The position numbers and the translations under genes were made by a program. Positions 1 to 12,458 of a stretch of DNA of 64,000 nt are shown here, piece by piece (positions within the stretch are counted from its first letter, which is position 1; each line of letters begins with the position of its first letter). Origin of the DNA: Camelus dromedarius. Its lineage: Eukaryota. The stretch is from assembly GCF_036321535.1 (NCBI RefSeq), contig NC_087469.1, positions 13,392,001-13,456,000 of the forward strand, written 5' to 3'. The notes under the pieces were generated by a model. That model saw only the letters and a program-made list of their open reading frames with translations, did no database searches and was not told the DNA's origin.

Positions 1-293
1 AACGCATCATCACATACGATAGACAGCCAGATGTGAGGTCTTCTATGAAAACTGCGTGGTCTTCAAGCAATTTTCATACCACCAGGATTAGATACTAGAT
101 GGCTCTTTGAGGTACACTGTCGGCAGCTTCCTTTACATCTGCTTTCTTTAGAAATTTTTGATAATTAAAATCCAAGCTATATTTGCCCAGAATTTTTTTA
201 GTATAACTAAAGTTTTAAGGCCCATTTAAACAGGACTGGAAGACTTTAAACAGCAGCGTCACCATCTCTTTCCCTGGTTGCTGAATTTTTAAG

Positions 294-376
294 TGAAGCT
301 CCCCTAGAGTCAGCGCATCACTTGGTGGCCTGCATTGTCACAGAGAAAGTGCATGTGTCCCAGCATGGGGCTCCTG
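294..376 (+). CDS. VWA5A: Probable internal coding exon of VWA5A (EAPLESAHHLVACIVTEKVHVSQHGAP)
   Basis: Acceptor tttttAG at 292-293, open frame, ends in phase 1 before a weak GTTGGA donor (377). G+TC joins in frame to the 507 exon. The ending QHGAP-V-FEDNHL resembles human QHSPG-FGENHL as I recall it. Confidence 0.55.
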
Positions 377-506
377 GTTGGATCTGCTTAATGCTGAGCT
401 CTCGCTACACCCTGTCTCTGAATTCAGACCTGTCTGTCTCAGGTATGCTAAGGGGCCAGTAGCTCCATGTTTTCTGTCCTCTCTCTCTTTTTTTCCTCCC
501 CTAAAG

Positions 507-637
507 TCTTTGAAGATAATCACCTTGTGCAGCTGATTTCCCTCCAAAAGGCAGATGGTTCCTGGGATCTGAATGAAGGTCTGGCCTTGGTCCTGGGTAT
601 GAAGCTGGAAGATATACAGGCTGCACTCCCCCTCAAG
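507..637 (+). CDS. VWA5A: VWA5A coding exon (FEDNHLVQLISLQKADGSWDLNEGLALVLGMKLEDIQAALPLK)
   Basis: Polypyrimidine tract plus AG at 505-506 and AAG|GTGAGA donor at 638. Peptide matches the recalled human VWA5A C-terminal region ENHLVQLIYHQNANGSWDLNEDLAKILGM. Confidence 0.93.
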
Positions 638-919
638 GTGAGATTCTAAGAAGAAAAAGGAGTATGTGTATTTTTGAGGGGTTGGGGTCAGTAATGAGAA
701 CTGGGGTGAATCATGACTCACCTGAGGAAGGAAAATATACAAGGCCATAGACTAATTTCTAATAAAAAGAGGTTGAAGGTTTTCCTGGCTATGCTGGAGC
801 AGAGAATTAATGGTTGGTAGGAGTCGATGGTTTAGAGCTGATGGATGACAAAGGGAAAGCAAAGATCCTCTCTGACGTCTATTCCATTCCCTGCCAGTCA
901 TCTTAGTTGTAATTACCGA

Positions 920-1115
920 TACTGACTGAGCAGTTACTCTGTGCCAGGCCCTGTGCTGTGCACTTAACATTTGTGATCTTATTTATTCACCACAGCAATT
1001 AAATATGGTAAATCCTGCTCATGCTGTTGTTAGAAATGTGATGCTGTCTCTGAGTTGACTCAGTCAGTGGCAGAGCTGGACTCAATTCTAGGACTTTGTT
1101 TTCAGAACCCACGTT
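920..1115 (-). mobile_element. MIR SINE fragment in a VWA5A intron
   Basis: ttactctgtgccaggccctgtgct...agtggcagagctggactcaattctagg matches the reverse-complement MIR consensus. Confidence 0.75.
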
Positions 1116-1389
1116 TTTGCTCCTCTTTATACTAAAGGGAGTGGTCCGGGAATGAACAAAATTTCACCGCAGGCAGGACAGGTGACGTATCAGTAGGAAT
1201 GACCTAGTTATTTCAAATGTGTTCAAGTATGCTGATGAGGACAGGTTACATCCAGGAATTTCAAGGTAACTTACTGAATCTTCTAATTGAGAAACTGTTA
1301 AATATGAGACACGTGACAGTAGCCTGAAGGACCAGTGTCCTTCTGAATTTTCAATGAACTTAAGATAGCCTATAACTGGGCCACCTCGT

Positions 1390-1690
1390 CCAGCATCCAT
1401 CAGTCACACGTGGCTTGTGAGCACTTAAAATGTGACCAATTCAAATGAGGAATTACATTTTTCATTGAACTGAGGTGTGCTGTAGTTGTGAAATGCAAAC
1501 TGATTTCAAAGACAACATAAAAATGTAAACTATTTATCAGTAATTATTTTTATATTGATTATATGTTCAAATAATATTTTGAGTATACCAGAGTAAACAC
1601 ATTAGTAAAATCATTTTATATTTTTGTGTGTGGCTGCTAGGGCCTTTAAAATCATGTATGTGTCTAGCATTATATTTCTATTGAAAAATA
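1390..1690. mobile_element. hAT-Charlie non-autonomous DNA transposon (MER3/MER33-like)
   Basis: cacacgtggcttgtgagcacttaaaatgtg..., tgaggtgtgctgtagttgtgaaatgc...gatttcaaagac and terminal cattatatttctattg. Confidence 0.75.
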
Positions 1691-1769
1691 TTACTGTGGA
1701 ATACATAATGAAAAGGCTAATTTATAAATCAGTAGAAGAAGCTATGAGGATCATGAAGTTCTAAGTCGG

Positions 1770-2250
1770 TTTCACCGAGAACAAGACCTGTCAGACTAAC
1801 ACGTCCCTCTCTGACGTGGTAACTGAGCCGATAAATCAAGGGGATGAGGAGTCCTGGGGTATCTGAATGTCAACAAGGAACTTAAATTTTTTAATGATGA
1901 CTTTATGGACTGAGTACAAACCAGTTGAAAACCTTTAACACTGAATAATGAATTTACTCATACTTGAAACATTTTAAACTCACCAGTCTCTGAATTCTCT
2001 GAAAGTCCATATTTTCAACGAAGATGGAGACCAGTGGTTTCCTATTTGTATACAACAAAACAAGGAGAACAGAGTATTAAGACAAGACGATCAGGATCCC
2101 AAGATACTCTGCTGATTCTAAATTCTCAACTGCATAACTTAAGAGCTGTTGTACGTGAAAATCAGAGATTTTAGGTGACCACAAACAAGGTGAATCAGCA
2201 CATCTGAAATGTGATTAGGGGAAGGCAACCTGATTGGCAGAAAAGCTATC
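1770..2250 (+). mobile_element. Degenerate CR1/L3 LINE fragment
   Basis: gacctgtcagactaac...ggtaactgagccgataaatcaagggga...gtatctgaatgtcaacaagg resembles the L3 RT region. Confidence 0.5.
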
Positions 2251-3098
2251 TGTATTAGGTATTGGGGGGGTAGTCATAGGATTTTGTAAGCACGTGTACC
2301 CCCAGATGTGTCCATTTAAGGAAATACATTTTAAAAATCACTGTGATGTTTGTTTCTAGTCTAGGAGAACAAGCATGGTTGAATCTTAACTCTTTTGACA
2401 TAAGTAGTCCTCTTAAGAATTAAGGGAGCTGAGAATTTTGGTCTGAAATGAGGCAACTCAGAATGGACATAATAGCTGTTTCCAAGTATGAAGAATCATG
2501 ATATAAAAGAGGAATTTCTCTTGATCTGCTGGCTCTAAAAACTGCAGTTGGGAGCCACGGGTGAAACCTCCTGAGACTTTTCTGTTCTGTAGCTGAGACT
2601 TTCTGTTGAACAATATGACTCAAGTCAGAATATGACATTTGCTAGAAGGCTGACTTTGGGCAGATCACTTCACTTTTGTGTAAATGTTTTCTCTCTTACA
2701 AATGTGGTTATTGGTAATTCTTCATTTTTTTGTTTGTTTTGCTGAGGGTTCAAATGAAAAAAACAGGAAGATACTTTATAAAAGATAAAGCAACCATGCA
2801 CACGTTTCTTACATCACTGCTGAGTAATCTTTGCTGTGGGGTTTCAAGCACTGTCTTGGTGGTCTCACTGGATTTAACACTTAAGGTCGTTCTATCCTGA
2901 GAGTCAGTGGATGGCTGCCCTAAGGTCCAGGACCTGGCACCGCGCCTTGCAAGCAGTAGCTGAGGTAGAGAGACCAGGTGGTCCCGTTCGGTAGCTCTCT
3001 GGGGCATGTACATGAGAGGGGAGTGGAGCTTTGTGCAGCTCCTGGAGGGCCTTCCTGCCAACCTGGGGGCCTCAGGGAGGTCTCTGTCTGTTGTACAG

Positions 3099-3225
3099 AA
3101 TGCAGATTCCTCCAGCTGGGCCACAGTCCTGGCCGTGCTCTGGCTGCACGCCAATGGTAAGCCCATGAAGTGTGAGTGGGAGCTTCTGGAGAGGAAAGCT
3201 GTAGCCTGGATCCACCTCCATGCAG
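3099..3225 (+). CDS. VWA5A: VWA5A penultimate coding exon (NADSSSWATVLAVLWLHANGKPMKCEWELLERKAVAWIHLHA)
   Basis: Acceptor tgtacAG at 3097-3098 in phase 0 (matches the previous exon) and CAG|GTAGGA donor at 3226. Matches recalled human DSSGWATILAVIWLHSNGKDLKCEWELLERKAVAW. Confidence 0.95.
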
Positions 3226-3733
3226 GTAGGAACACAGTCCTAAGACTCCATCTCCTTCCCTTCTTAGGAGGCTAGTCATCACCCCAGGCCCTGAGCCTCC
3301 AGACCTGACAGAGGGTCCTTATTGCCCCCTCCCCGAGCCATCCTGGTTCAGACCCTTTCTAGTCTCCCAGCTAGTTCTCTGCTTGGATGAGGGTACAGTC
3401 TGAAATGGGGGGTGTAGAGGAGGTGAGTGAAGAGGGAAAGGGACATGGTGGGGAGTGTGGACTGGGAGGAGGACACAAAGCGGCATGTACTCTCCGCGTC
3501 GTCTCAGTCCTGCACGGAGTGTAAGACTGGACCTGGAGCACCTGCTCCTCTGGGGCTTACTGTCTCACTGCTGCTGGGTATTTCTGGGGCCAGAATAGAA
3601 AAGGGGACTGGGCAGTAGAAAAAAGAAAAGGCAGGGGTATTGAAGAAAGATAAGCAGGGCTAAGGGGAGGTTTCGGGGAGACCGGGAGAAGAGCGGTCTC
3701 TCAGCCCAAATTCTTGTTTTCACCTCATACCAG

Positions 3734-3813
3734 GCTCTGCCAGGCAGGTGCTCGTGCAAGCTGCCATCACTTTCCTGAAGTCTCCTGTGGATCCTGCTGT
3801 CTTTGCCCTCTGA
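3734..3813 (+). CDS. VWA5A: VWA5A last coding exon (GSARQVLVQAAITFLKSPVDPAVFAL*)
   Basis: Acceptor ataccAG at 3732-3733, phase 1 consistent, TGA at 3811-3813. Matches the recalled human terminus GSTMPSVVKAAITFLKSSVDPAIFAF. This exon is not represented in the supplied ORF track. Confidence 0.93.
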
Positions 3814-4889
3814 GGACACCGTCCAGAAAAACAAGTGCCTCTCCTCTGCTACTGTCCTCCCATTACCCTCTCTTCTGCTGCGGTTTTTGTATTTTGCACC
3901 TGTCCTGTTGGTTTCTTGTCATAAAAGCAGTGGGTGCCCAGCGCACCTTACCTCTCTGTTCCAGGTTCCACTGGGATGAGAGCTTCCTTTTTGCAGCATG
4001 TGTGCTCAGCCAAGTGTCTCCTTTTCTTGGAGGAGCTCAAAGCATTCGCAGGCAGTAATGTTCCTCCTTGGTTTTCTAGAATGACAACATGAAAAGCAGG
4101 TGACGTGGACTCCAGACTCAAGGTTGCAGCCTTGATGTTCAGGGAATGCCTGGATGAGAGAATTCTCTGCATTTTATTTGTCTGTTTATTTTTGTTCTTA
4201 TATACTTATCAGGACGAGACTGGTGAGCTACACAGTTTTCTATTTTTAGATAGGAGGGGAGGTAGAAAGCCAACTTCAGGGTCAGTATCACCTTACGATC
4301 ACAAGGGGTCCACTGTGAGGGTCAGCACAGTTGGGGGCCTTCCTGACTGATTCTTCGTGGGCTTTGCTGGCCTGGGCTACACGCCTTTCCTCCCACGGCC
4401 TAAGGGACTTGGGTTGAATTAAACCTGATGGAGACAGTTTTTCCTTAATCATTAAACGTCTTAGTAAGAAGGCAATAATGGACTCCTGAGTCCGAGCCTG
4501 AGCCCATGAGGCTTCTACGTCAGGATTGACCTTGCATAAAAAAGGAAAAAGCAGACTGAATGGCAGTTTTGCCTGAGGCCTAAACTGAGACTACTCAGCC
4601 CAGGAGGAAGGAGCTCCCCGTGTTCCTGACGCTTAAGTCCCACATACTCTGAGTGGAAATGGCCCTGTTTGCTCATTGTCCCCTAAAATACTGCTGTATC
4701 GGTGTTAACATGGCCCTCTCTGCAGTGCACCTGGTTGTATCTGGTCTCTTACGGATTTACCGATTGAACCTGTGCTGGTTTTATCACCCCTTGTTTTCCC
4801 TCCCAACTTGTCTGACGCCTCCACTGTTCACACGGTGTCCTCTCCCCGTACCTTCTGTGGGAGCCTGATTCCATCTTATGTGAGGCAAG

Positions 4890-5010
4890 TAAAGGGCTCG
4901 GGTCAGAAAAACACAGTTGGAATCCTGACCACTTATTTAAATAGGTGATAAAGGGCGGACGATGTAACCCTCATGACCTTAGTATCCCCACCTGTAAAAA
5001 GGGGTTAAAT
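4890..5010 (+). mobile_element. MIR fragment
   Basis: gaatcctgaccacttat...accttagtatccccacctgtaaaaagggg resembles the MIR core. Confidence 0.55.
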
Positions 5011-5194
5011 TAGAATTCTGTTCTCTTTCCTCTTGAATAATCTAGAATCTGGAGCAGGACCTCCGTGTCTGTTCACTAAGGTAGAGGAGGTCCTGGAGCT
5101 GCGTTCTGTTAAGCTGGGGAGTGAAGTGGCATTAGGAAGAGTTGCCTGACTTGCACAGTGGAGCCTGATCTCCCAAGACTTTCTTCCAGGTTTA

Positions 5195-5350
5195 CTTAGG
5201 ACTGAGCGCGACCTACGGAACAGGGCTGTGGCATCCCCTGGAAGCTTGTTGGAAATGCAGACTTTTAGGCAACCCCAAGAACTACAGCATCAAAGTCTGC
5301 ATTTGACAAGTCTCCAGGTGACTTGAGTGCACATTAAACTTCGAGAAATG
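5195..5350. mobile_element. MER5A hAT-Charlie element
   Basis: gcatcccctggaagcttgttggaaatgcagac...gacaagtctccaggtgacttgagtgcacattaaacttcgagaa. Confidence 0.8.
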
Positions 5351-6174
5351 AGGGCTTAGTCTTTTCATACCCAGCCCCGTGTCCAAGTCTGCCATCTAGA
5401 TCGTCCCTAACGATGCAATGACGGAAGAGACACTTCCTAAGGACCATGAAACTTGGCACAAAATGATGGCTCTTTACATTCATCATGCAGAGCAACTGTT
5501 AATACATTTATCGCTCATCTCCCCTTTCCCCCAGCGTCCAGACTAGGCTAGGGCTTAGGGACTTCTAAAGCAAAAGACATAACAAAGAACGGTCTTACTT
5601 CTGTCTTCTTTAAAATGCAGGATCAACTAGTTTTAAAGTAGCATGGTTTTATTTTCCCATTTGAGCTCTCGTGCTGTAAAATGTTGTACCAACTATAAAA
5701 TCCTCAGATCTAAACAAGTGTCGGTCTTCATAATCAACAAATATGTTTTGGCTCATTCACTGAAGGCCACGTTAAAGGCTGGCACTTCATGTTTTAGGAA
5801 AATGTAAAGCACCATCTGTACTTTTTGGAACTGGTGCTCTGGGCATGAAGCCCAGGAGAGAAGCTGCTCTCGGCTCCCATTGGTTGTCCTCACCCTGTCT
5901 CCTGGCTGCTGCAGACTTGGCCACAAGAAGGATGGCAGATAACACACATTGCCTCAAGGCCCTCCCACGCAGACTGAGCCCACTGCCTTCAGCGCAGGGT
6001 ACCCTGTTCTACACAGACTTGTTAATGAAACTCATTGCCTACTTCCCCCAGTTCCAACACCGTCATGCTGGGGGTCATGTGCTGTTTCCTTCCCATCTCA
6101 GCCACTGCTTCCTTAAAAACAGTCCATCTGCTTGAAGCATCTGATTGACAGGAAAAACAAAAACTCCGTGCAAC

Positions 6175-6880
6175 GCCCTATCTATTGGTTTTCCTTTCAG
6201 TTCTACCAGTTTTTGCCTCACATATTTTGATGTTCTCTTGTTAGGTGCATATACATTTAGGACTGTATCTTCTTGGAGAATTGATGACACTTACCATTAT
6301 GTAATGGTCACCTTCATCCTTGATGATTTTGTGATCTTAAATCTGCTTTGTCTAGAATGAATACAGTTACTCCAGCTTTCCTTTGATTAGTGTTAGCATG
6401 ATATTTAGCTTTCTGCATTCCTTTACTTTTAACCTATTCAAGTCTTTATAATTAAATTGGGTTTCTTGTAGATTACATATACTTGGGTCTTTCTGTAAAA
6501 TCTATTTTGATCATCTTTAAAGTTTAGTTGGTGTTTTTATAACCATTCATATCTGATTATTGATATCACTGGATTAATAACTACCATGTTTGTTTCCTAT
6601 TTGTTACCTTTGTTTTAAAAAATTTTCCCTGATTTTGCTTTTGTTTTAATTAAATATTTTATGTGATTTCATTTTATCTCTGCTCTTAACTTATCAATTA
6701 TATTTCTTTATGTGTATATATATATATATATATTAGTTGTTGCCCTAGAATTTGTGATATATATTTAAAACTAATCATTAAGTCCACCTTCAAATAACAC
6801 TATCCCACGTTACATGTAGTTCAGGTAACTTATAACAGTTTTCCTAATCCTTCCATCCTGTTCATTATGGCATTCCACTT
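6175..6880 (-). mobile_element. Old L1 (L1M-type) fragment including the ORF2 endonuclease region
   Basis: The minus-strand ORF 6075-6290 encodes ILQEDTVLNVYAPNKRTSKYVRQKLVELKG, the L1 endonuclease NIYAPN motif. A (TA)n run is embedded at about 6713-6733. Confidence 0.85.
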
Positions 6881-6989
6881 GTTGAAGGAAACAAACAAAA
6901 GCAAGTTAAAAAGATACTATGAAAGGTGGCGGTAAGAGCTCTAACGAAAGTCAAGTTAGGAAAAGTGAGATGTCATATGGCATTGGTGG

Positions 6990-8070
6990 AGGGCTTTAAA
7001 TCTCAAAACGGTATTTATGAAAGGCCTTATGTAATTTGAATTGACTAAATGTAAAGAAATTAACCACACTGATATCTGGGAAAAGGCAGAAGAAATAGCA
7101 AGTGCAGAATCCGGGGCAGTGAAGTGTTCAGGGTACTAAATAACCAGGCAGGAGGCCAGTGCTACTTAACCAGTGACAGACATTGATGAAAGATTTTATC
7201 AGAAAGGAGCAAGGGGCCAGATCATGTAGTGTCTTACAGGTCAGCATAAGAACTTTTGGTTTTGATAACCCTAAAATATTACGAGCAGAGAGGCACCATG
7301 ACATGATTCACTTACATTTTAAAAGAATTTTTCTCACCTCACTGAAGATGATAAACTGTCAAGTTACAGCAAGAAAGATGCATGAATATTGTTGCCATAA
7401 GTGCAAACAGTGGGATAGTGCAAAGTGATTTCATTCTGGATGTATTCTGAAGGTAGAGCTCGTAGGATTGGCAGGCAGATGGACTGCATTTAGAGTGGAG
7501 GAAAAGGAGAGGATAGAAAGATGACTTCAAGATATTTCATCTGAGCAGCTGGAAGATTTGAGTTTTCACTTACTAAGATAAAGATGGCTGTGGGAGGAGA
7601 AACTTGGAAGGGAAAATCAGGAGTTCCTCTCTGGTTGCTGTCAGTTTGAGATGCTCACTAGACATCTAGGTGGAGATGAAAGACGCTGGATACATGAGTC
7701 TAGAATTCAGGGGAAAAGTCTGGGCTAGAAGTATAAATGCGTGCGTGTAGATGGGAGTTAGCACTGTGAGAACGGGTGAGAGCAGGGCGGGAATGGATAC
7801 ATACATAAAAAGCTTAGAAGCTGAACCCTAGGGCAGTCCAGCATTTAGAGGTCGGAGCAATGATGAAGTGAGATGGAAAGATAGATCCAAGAAAAAGTAT
7901 GTATCTGGGAGCCAAATATAATAAGTAGTGAAAAAAAAAAGAACAGAGTAAACTACTTCAATATATGGTTTGGCTATATGAGAATAGAAGATGAATGAGA
8001 ATTGACCACTGGATGTGCCAACATGGGATTTGTTGGTGACCTGAGAGAGTTGTTTTGGTGGAGAAGTTTG
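6990..8070 (-). mobile_element. L2 LINE
   Basis: Purine-rich L2 antisense signature: ggggccagatcatgtagtgtcttacagg, gtttgagatgctcactagacatctaggtggagatg, gagaattgaccactggat. Confidence 0.85.
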
Positions 8071-8194
8071 CTGTGGGTTACGTGGAGACGTTAATTAAAA
8101 AGCAGATTGGTAAAGAGTGTTAGTATGTAACAACTATTTTGCTCTTGGACTCTTCCAGAAAACACATCGGTGCTCCCTCTGAGATACTGGAAGG

Positions 8195-8335
8195 CTGATT
8201 CATTATTCACACATCTAACAAATTGTTATTGCACACTTTTCTGTACAGTGAATCATGCTGGGTGTTCAAAATACAGTGGTTAACTGCAAAGATGTGATCC
8301 CAGCTTTCAGGGAAATTATTTGTTGGACTTCTGAG
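8195..8335 (-). mobile_element. L2 3' end
   Basis: attcattattcacacatctaacaaattgttattgcacac...tgctgggtgttcaaaatacagtggttaa. Confidence 0.6.
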
Positions 8336-9676
8336 CAGGATTGTAATGTAATGCTAGAAATGGGTATTTACCCTACCCACTCCAATTGTGAAGAGAAAGC
8401 TTCAAAGAGAAAATTATATATGAATTAGAACATAAGTTATTAAAGGAATAGGAGGCAAACATTCCAAGCAAATGTGGAAAGATGAGCAATGTCATGAAGG
8501 TGTGAAACACTGTGAAGACTTTTGGGAACCACAAGTAGTTTGAAATGCCATGAATTCATAGTAAAAATGACAGTGATAAAAAGTCAGAAAACTAAAGGAC
8601 AGAGCTCTATTCTTTTTCCAATTTTAGTTACTGCAGAAATATTTTAAAATAAATTTTGAACTCAGGTTCATTATAATCATCTATTAATAAGTAGATATTA
8701 TAGATTATTTTAATTACTATTTGTCAAATCCCATGTCAGTATAATATATCTTATTTTTATATATTTCCAATAAAAACCAATTGATACAGTAACAAATATA
8801 GTCATTATTAATTGTATAGCTTTCCAGAAGTACATTCTTTCAAAGGTGAATTTACCACTTAGTCAAGTGGAGTAAAACAGAGCAAGCCAGACCTGGTGAT
8901 GGTTCTATCATATTTTTGGTACTGACTCTGGCAGATTTCCAAACTCTCCTGCCCTCTCCTTCTACTGCTGGATCTCTTGGAGCTATCTTTGTAGACCCAG
9001 CCCTGTCTCAGCTTTGAGGACCGCCGCTGCCCTTTGGAAGAAAGCATTTAAGCAGCTGAGCCTCAAAACAGCTTTTCCTAGACCTTAATTTCAGTTCCTT
9101 TCCTTTTATGTTGCTCTCTCCTTGTGTCTGACATTAGGACCTTATTACCCTTGTTGTCTGAGCTCAAATCCCAAACAGGGTCACCTGGTCTTCCTGGACT
9201 GGGGTTCTACTTACTCTTTTCAATCCTCCTTTCTGGGGTCTTACATCCTGTCCTGGATCCAAGTCCAAGTCCAGAGGATGTATAGATATATCTCTGTTTT
9301 ATACACACACACACACACACAGTTACATGTCTCTACATATATGTGTTTTTGTTTTTGTTTTTTGGTACGTATGCTCTACTGCATCTTCTTGAATATCTGT
9401 TACTTACTAAAAGTTTTACTCTTCCTGAACCTTGACCTACTTGTCTGCTTGTGCCATGGAAATTGGATACCACAGTTTGCTTGACAGACTGAGCTACATC
9501 TCAAACCCTCTAGACTGGTGATCTCCCTGCCAGTGCCTGGTCTGCTCCCTCAGATACAGTGGCTGTTCCAGTACTACAGCCTGCTGTGGTTACCTGAACC
9601 AGATCCCAGCAGTTTAGAGTCTTTGACACTGGGGACCACATAGAAGAGTGAGGAGTCCCTTAAGAATTGGTGACAC

Positions 9677-10286
9677 TCCTGGGCATATATCCAGAGGGAA
9701 TCCTAATTCAAAAAGACACCTGCACACCAATGTTCATAGCAGCACTATTTACAATAGCCAAGACATGGAAACAACCTAAATGTCAATTGACAGATGACTG
9801 GATGAAGAAATTGTGGTATATTTATACAATGGAATACTACTTAGCCATGAAAATGATAAAATAATGCCATTTGCAGCAACATGGATGGCCCCGGAGAATG
9901 TCATTCTAAGTGAAGTAAGCCAGAAAGAGAAAGAAAAATACCATATGATATCACTCATATGTGGAATCTAAAAAAAAAAAAAATGAACTTATATATAAAA
10001 CAGAAACAGACTCACAGACATAGAATACAGACGTGTGGTTGCCAGGGGGGAGGGGGGTGGGAAGGGATAAAACTGGGAGTTCAAGATTTGCAGATACTGA
10101 CTGGTATATATAAAATAGATAAACAAGTTTATACTGTACAGCACAGGGAAATATATTCAATATCTTGTAGTAGCTTATGGTGAAAATATGAAAATGAATA
10201 TATGTATATTCATGTATGACTGAAGAATTGTGCTGTACACCAGAAATTGACACATTATAAAATGACTAGCTCAATAAAAAAAAAAA
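9677..10286 (+). mobile_element. Young 5'-truncated camelid-type L1 with polyA tail and target-site duplication
   Basis: ORF2 C-terminus (LLGIYPE...KDTCTPMFIAALFTIAKTWKQPKC), 3'UTR, AATAAA at 10273 and polyA. Flanks are AAGAATTGGTGACAC (9662-9676) and AAGAATTGTTGGTGACAC (10285-10302), with a TT|AAGA endonuclease site. Confidence 0.95.
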
Positions 10287-11179
10287 GAATTGTTGGTGAC
10301 ACCAAGTCACTAAAGTTTCTAGGGATTCAAGTGCCTGATATTTGTCATTCCCATCTCTCCCCAATAAAAATGCAGAAAATGTAAGTTTCATTCCTATACT
10401 ACTTTTAACTTCTCCACTAAGTGGGTCAAACCTCTTTCACAGAAACCATTAAATTCTTAGGAGGCACAGGAAAGCAACTGAGCACTTTCCCACCAGGAAG
10501 AAAAAAGAAAGAAAAAGAAAGGCAGGAGAATAATAGCTTAAGAAATTTATCACCTAGTAAGTAGCCATCATCCTACTCTTCCATTTTGATTCACAGTCCA
10601 GTTTTTCCCTACTGAGTTTTTGCAGATGAAAGAAGAAACTTTCATTTAGCCATTCACCCTAGACCCCAGCCCTGCCAACAAACTGGAAAGCACCTGTCAC
10701 TGGACCAAGAATGCCTAGATATAGCCCTGCTATTTATAATCAGAAAGTTCTGCTGAATGATTAGTTGAGAAACCAGCTGTTGCTAGTATATGCCAGTAAC
10801 TTAGTTGAATTTCTGGAGTAGAGGAAAAAGGAGACAGACTGTTTCTCTGATTAAAACAAGAATGATCCAAATATAAGGCAAAATTTCCTACAAGTAGACC
10901 ATAGCAAGAGAGCTCCTTTGAGAAATACCTGTGGAACTTCCTGGGACTCAATCCCTGTGAAACAAGACATAACACTGAACAAGTCTCTCTGTCTCTCATT
11001 ATAGTTTAAGGCCATACTCTTGTCAGAGAATACACGATTAAAACGGTAAGGGCTACAAGGGTATACACAAGACTCCTTCAAAACTCTAAAATGAATCTAT
11101 TAATAATCCTCCTCTTAACACAGGGACAGCCGCCTTCTGTACGGGGTCATTTTGGGAAGCAGTGAGGATGTGCGGGAAG

Positions 11180-11625
11180 AGAATTAAGCCTGGGGATGCC
11201 TGGGCTCTTCTGCTGTCTAACATTTAGAAAGTCACAATTGCCCTGAGTTCAGTATCTGTATTTGTATAATGGGATTAATAAAAGCCCCCTTACATAGTTC
11301 TTGAGAGAATTAATTTAAAAACCACAAAAGTGCACTGAAAAACTCGACTAGCCACAAATGTAAGGTGATATTAGTTATGAATGGGTATTTGAAAATCAGA
11401 ATTAGTTACAAGCTTATTTTTCTTTGTAACTCAAAAGGAAGGATCCTATCATCCTGGGTCCACTAACCAACCCTATTACCTTGGTTAAGTCGCTTAAACT
11501 CTTTGAGGCTAAATTTTCTACTAGAAATGGGGGAAATAATGCTGCCTGCCTGATAGATTTCTAGGGAGAATTGAAAGAGCTAATACATGTGGAGCACTCA
11601 GTATGTAGCAAATGCACAATAAAAG
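11180..11625 (+). mobile_element. Two MIR fragments (about 11180-11340 and 11440-11625)
   Basis: cagtatctgtatttgtataatgggattaata... and accttggttaagtcgcttaaactctttgaggc...aaatggggaaataatgctgcc. Confidence 0.7.
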
Positions 11626-11919
11626 ATTGTTACTAAAACTGTGGTCTGCTCAGGAAGACATCCCAGCAGGCCACTCTCACCTTGTGAAACACTGTCTAAG
11701 TAGCACCTGGACTCCCTCCATGATCTGTGTTCCTCCTCTTTTAAAACGTTTCCCAACAGTCTTGCTATTGCAATAGTTACTGTCATAACTACTGTGGTTA
11801 TATCCGTCACTTCTTTTGCACAGGGGTTAGCAGAATTAGCATCGTTAAAGTTACACTTTTATTGTGTTAGGTATCATTGAAAAGTTTTACAGTATAAATA
11901 AAGTCAAATAATTTCAAAG

Positions 11920-12200
11920 TTAGGAAGAACTTTAACTGAAGTTATTCATTCAAATTGAAAATATCCTTAATGGCACCCCTGAAAGATGGTTCTTTTTACA
12001 CTTTCTTGGGTATTTCCAGACAAGGAGATAACTACCTCATAAGGTTGCTTATTTCATCCATGTACATTTTCTAATAATTAAACTTTCTTTCTATGTTGAA
12101 AATAAATCTCTTTCTACCAGATCTGCCCAGGATTCTTGAGTAACCACGTGGAACAGTGCATATGAAGTCTGTTTAGCAGCCCTGCAAACGTTTGAAAAAT
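11920..12200 (-). mobile_element. CR1/L3 3' fragment
   Basis: ccagacaaggagataactacctcataaggttgc...tatgttgaaataaatctc...cagccctgcaaacgtttgaa follows the antisense L3 pattern. Confidence 0.6.
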
Positions 12201-12312
12201 CACATTATATCTCTGTTTCTCTTTGGATGCAAAACTCAGATTTCTAGAATCCATAGCATAGAGCTTAAAAGCACTGGCTTTAAAATTACAGTCTCAGTTC
12301 ACTCATTTTCTA

Positions 12313-12458
12313 TTTGCTTATTATTTTTTTTTTTTTTTGGAGGCTGGAGTAATTAGGTTTATTTGCTTATTTACTTTTTAAAATAGAGGTACTGGGGATT
12401 GAACCCAGGACCTTATGCATGCTAGGCATGCACTCTACCCCTGAGCTATACCCTCCCC
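12313..12458 (-). mobile_element. Camelid tRNA-derived SINE (Vic-1 type) inserted into a MIR
   Basis: Reverse strand reads GGGGAGGGTATAGCTCAGGGGTAGAGTGCATGC...GGTTCAATCCCCAGTACC...AAATAAACCTAATTAC...polyA, with A and B boxes. TSD cagttcactcattttcta (12295-12312) / cagctcactcactttcta (12458-12475). MIR sequence lies on both sides (12250-12600). Confidence 0.9.

Noticed and set aside
1-32. Possible end of a further VWA5A exon (NASSHTIDSQ, donor AT|GTGAGG at 33, phase-compatible with exon 294)
   Set aside because: Too short and truncated by the window edge to support, and I recognised no peptide similarity.
3814-4870. VWA5A polyadenylation site and a possible LTR at about 4280-4870
   Set aside because: I saw no canonical AATAAA (only CATAAA and ATTAAA variants) and could not assign the LTR-like stretch to a family or find its termini.
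12400-12458. tRNA-like sequence
   Set aside because: It is the head of a tRNA-derived SINE with a tail and TSD, not a tRNA gene.
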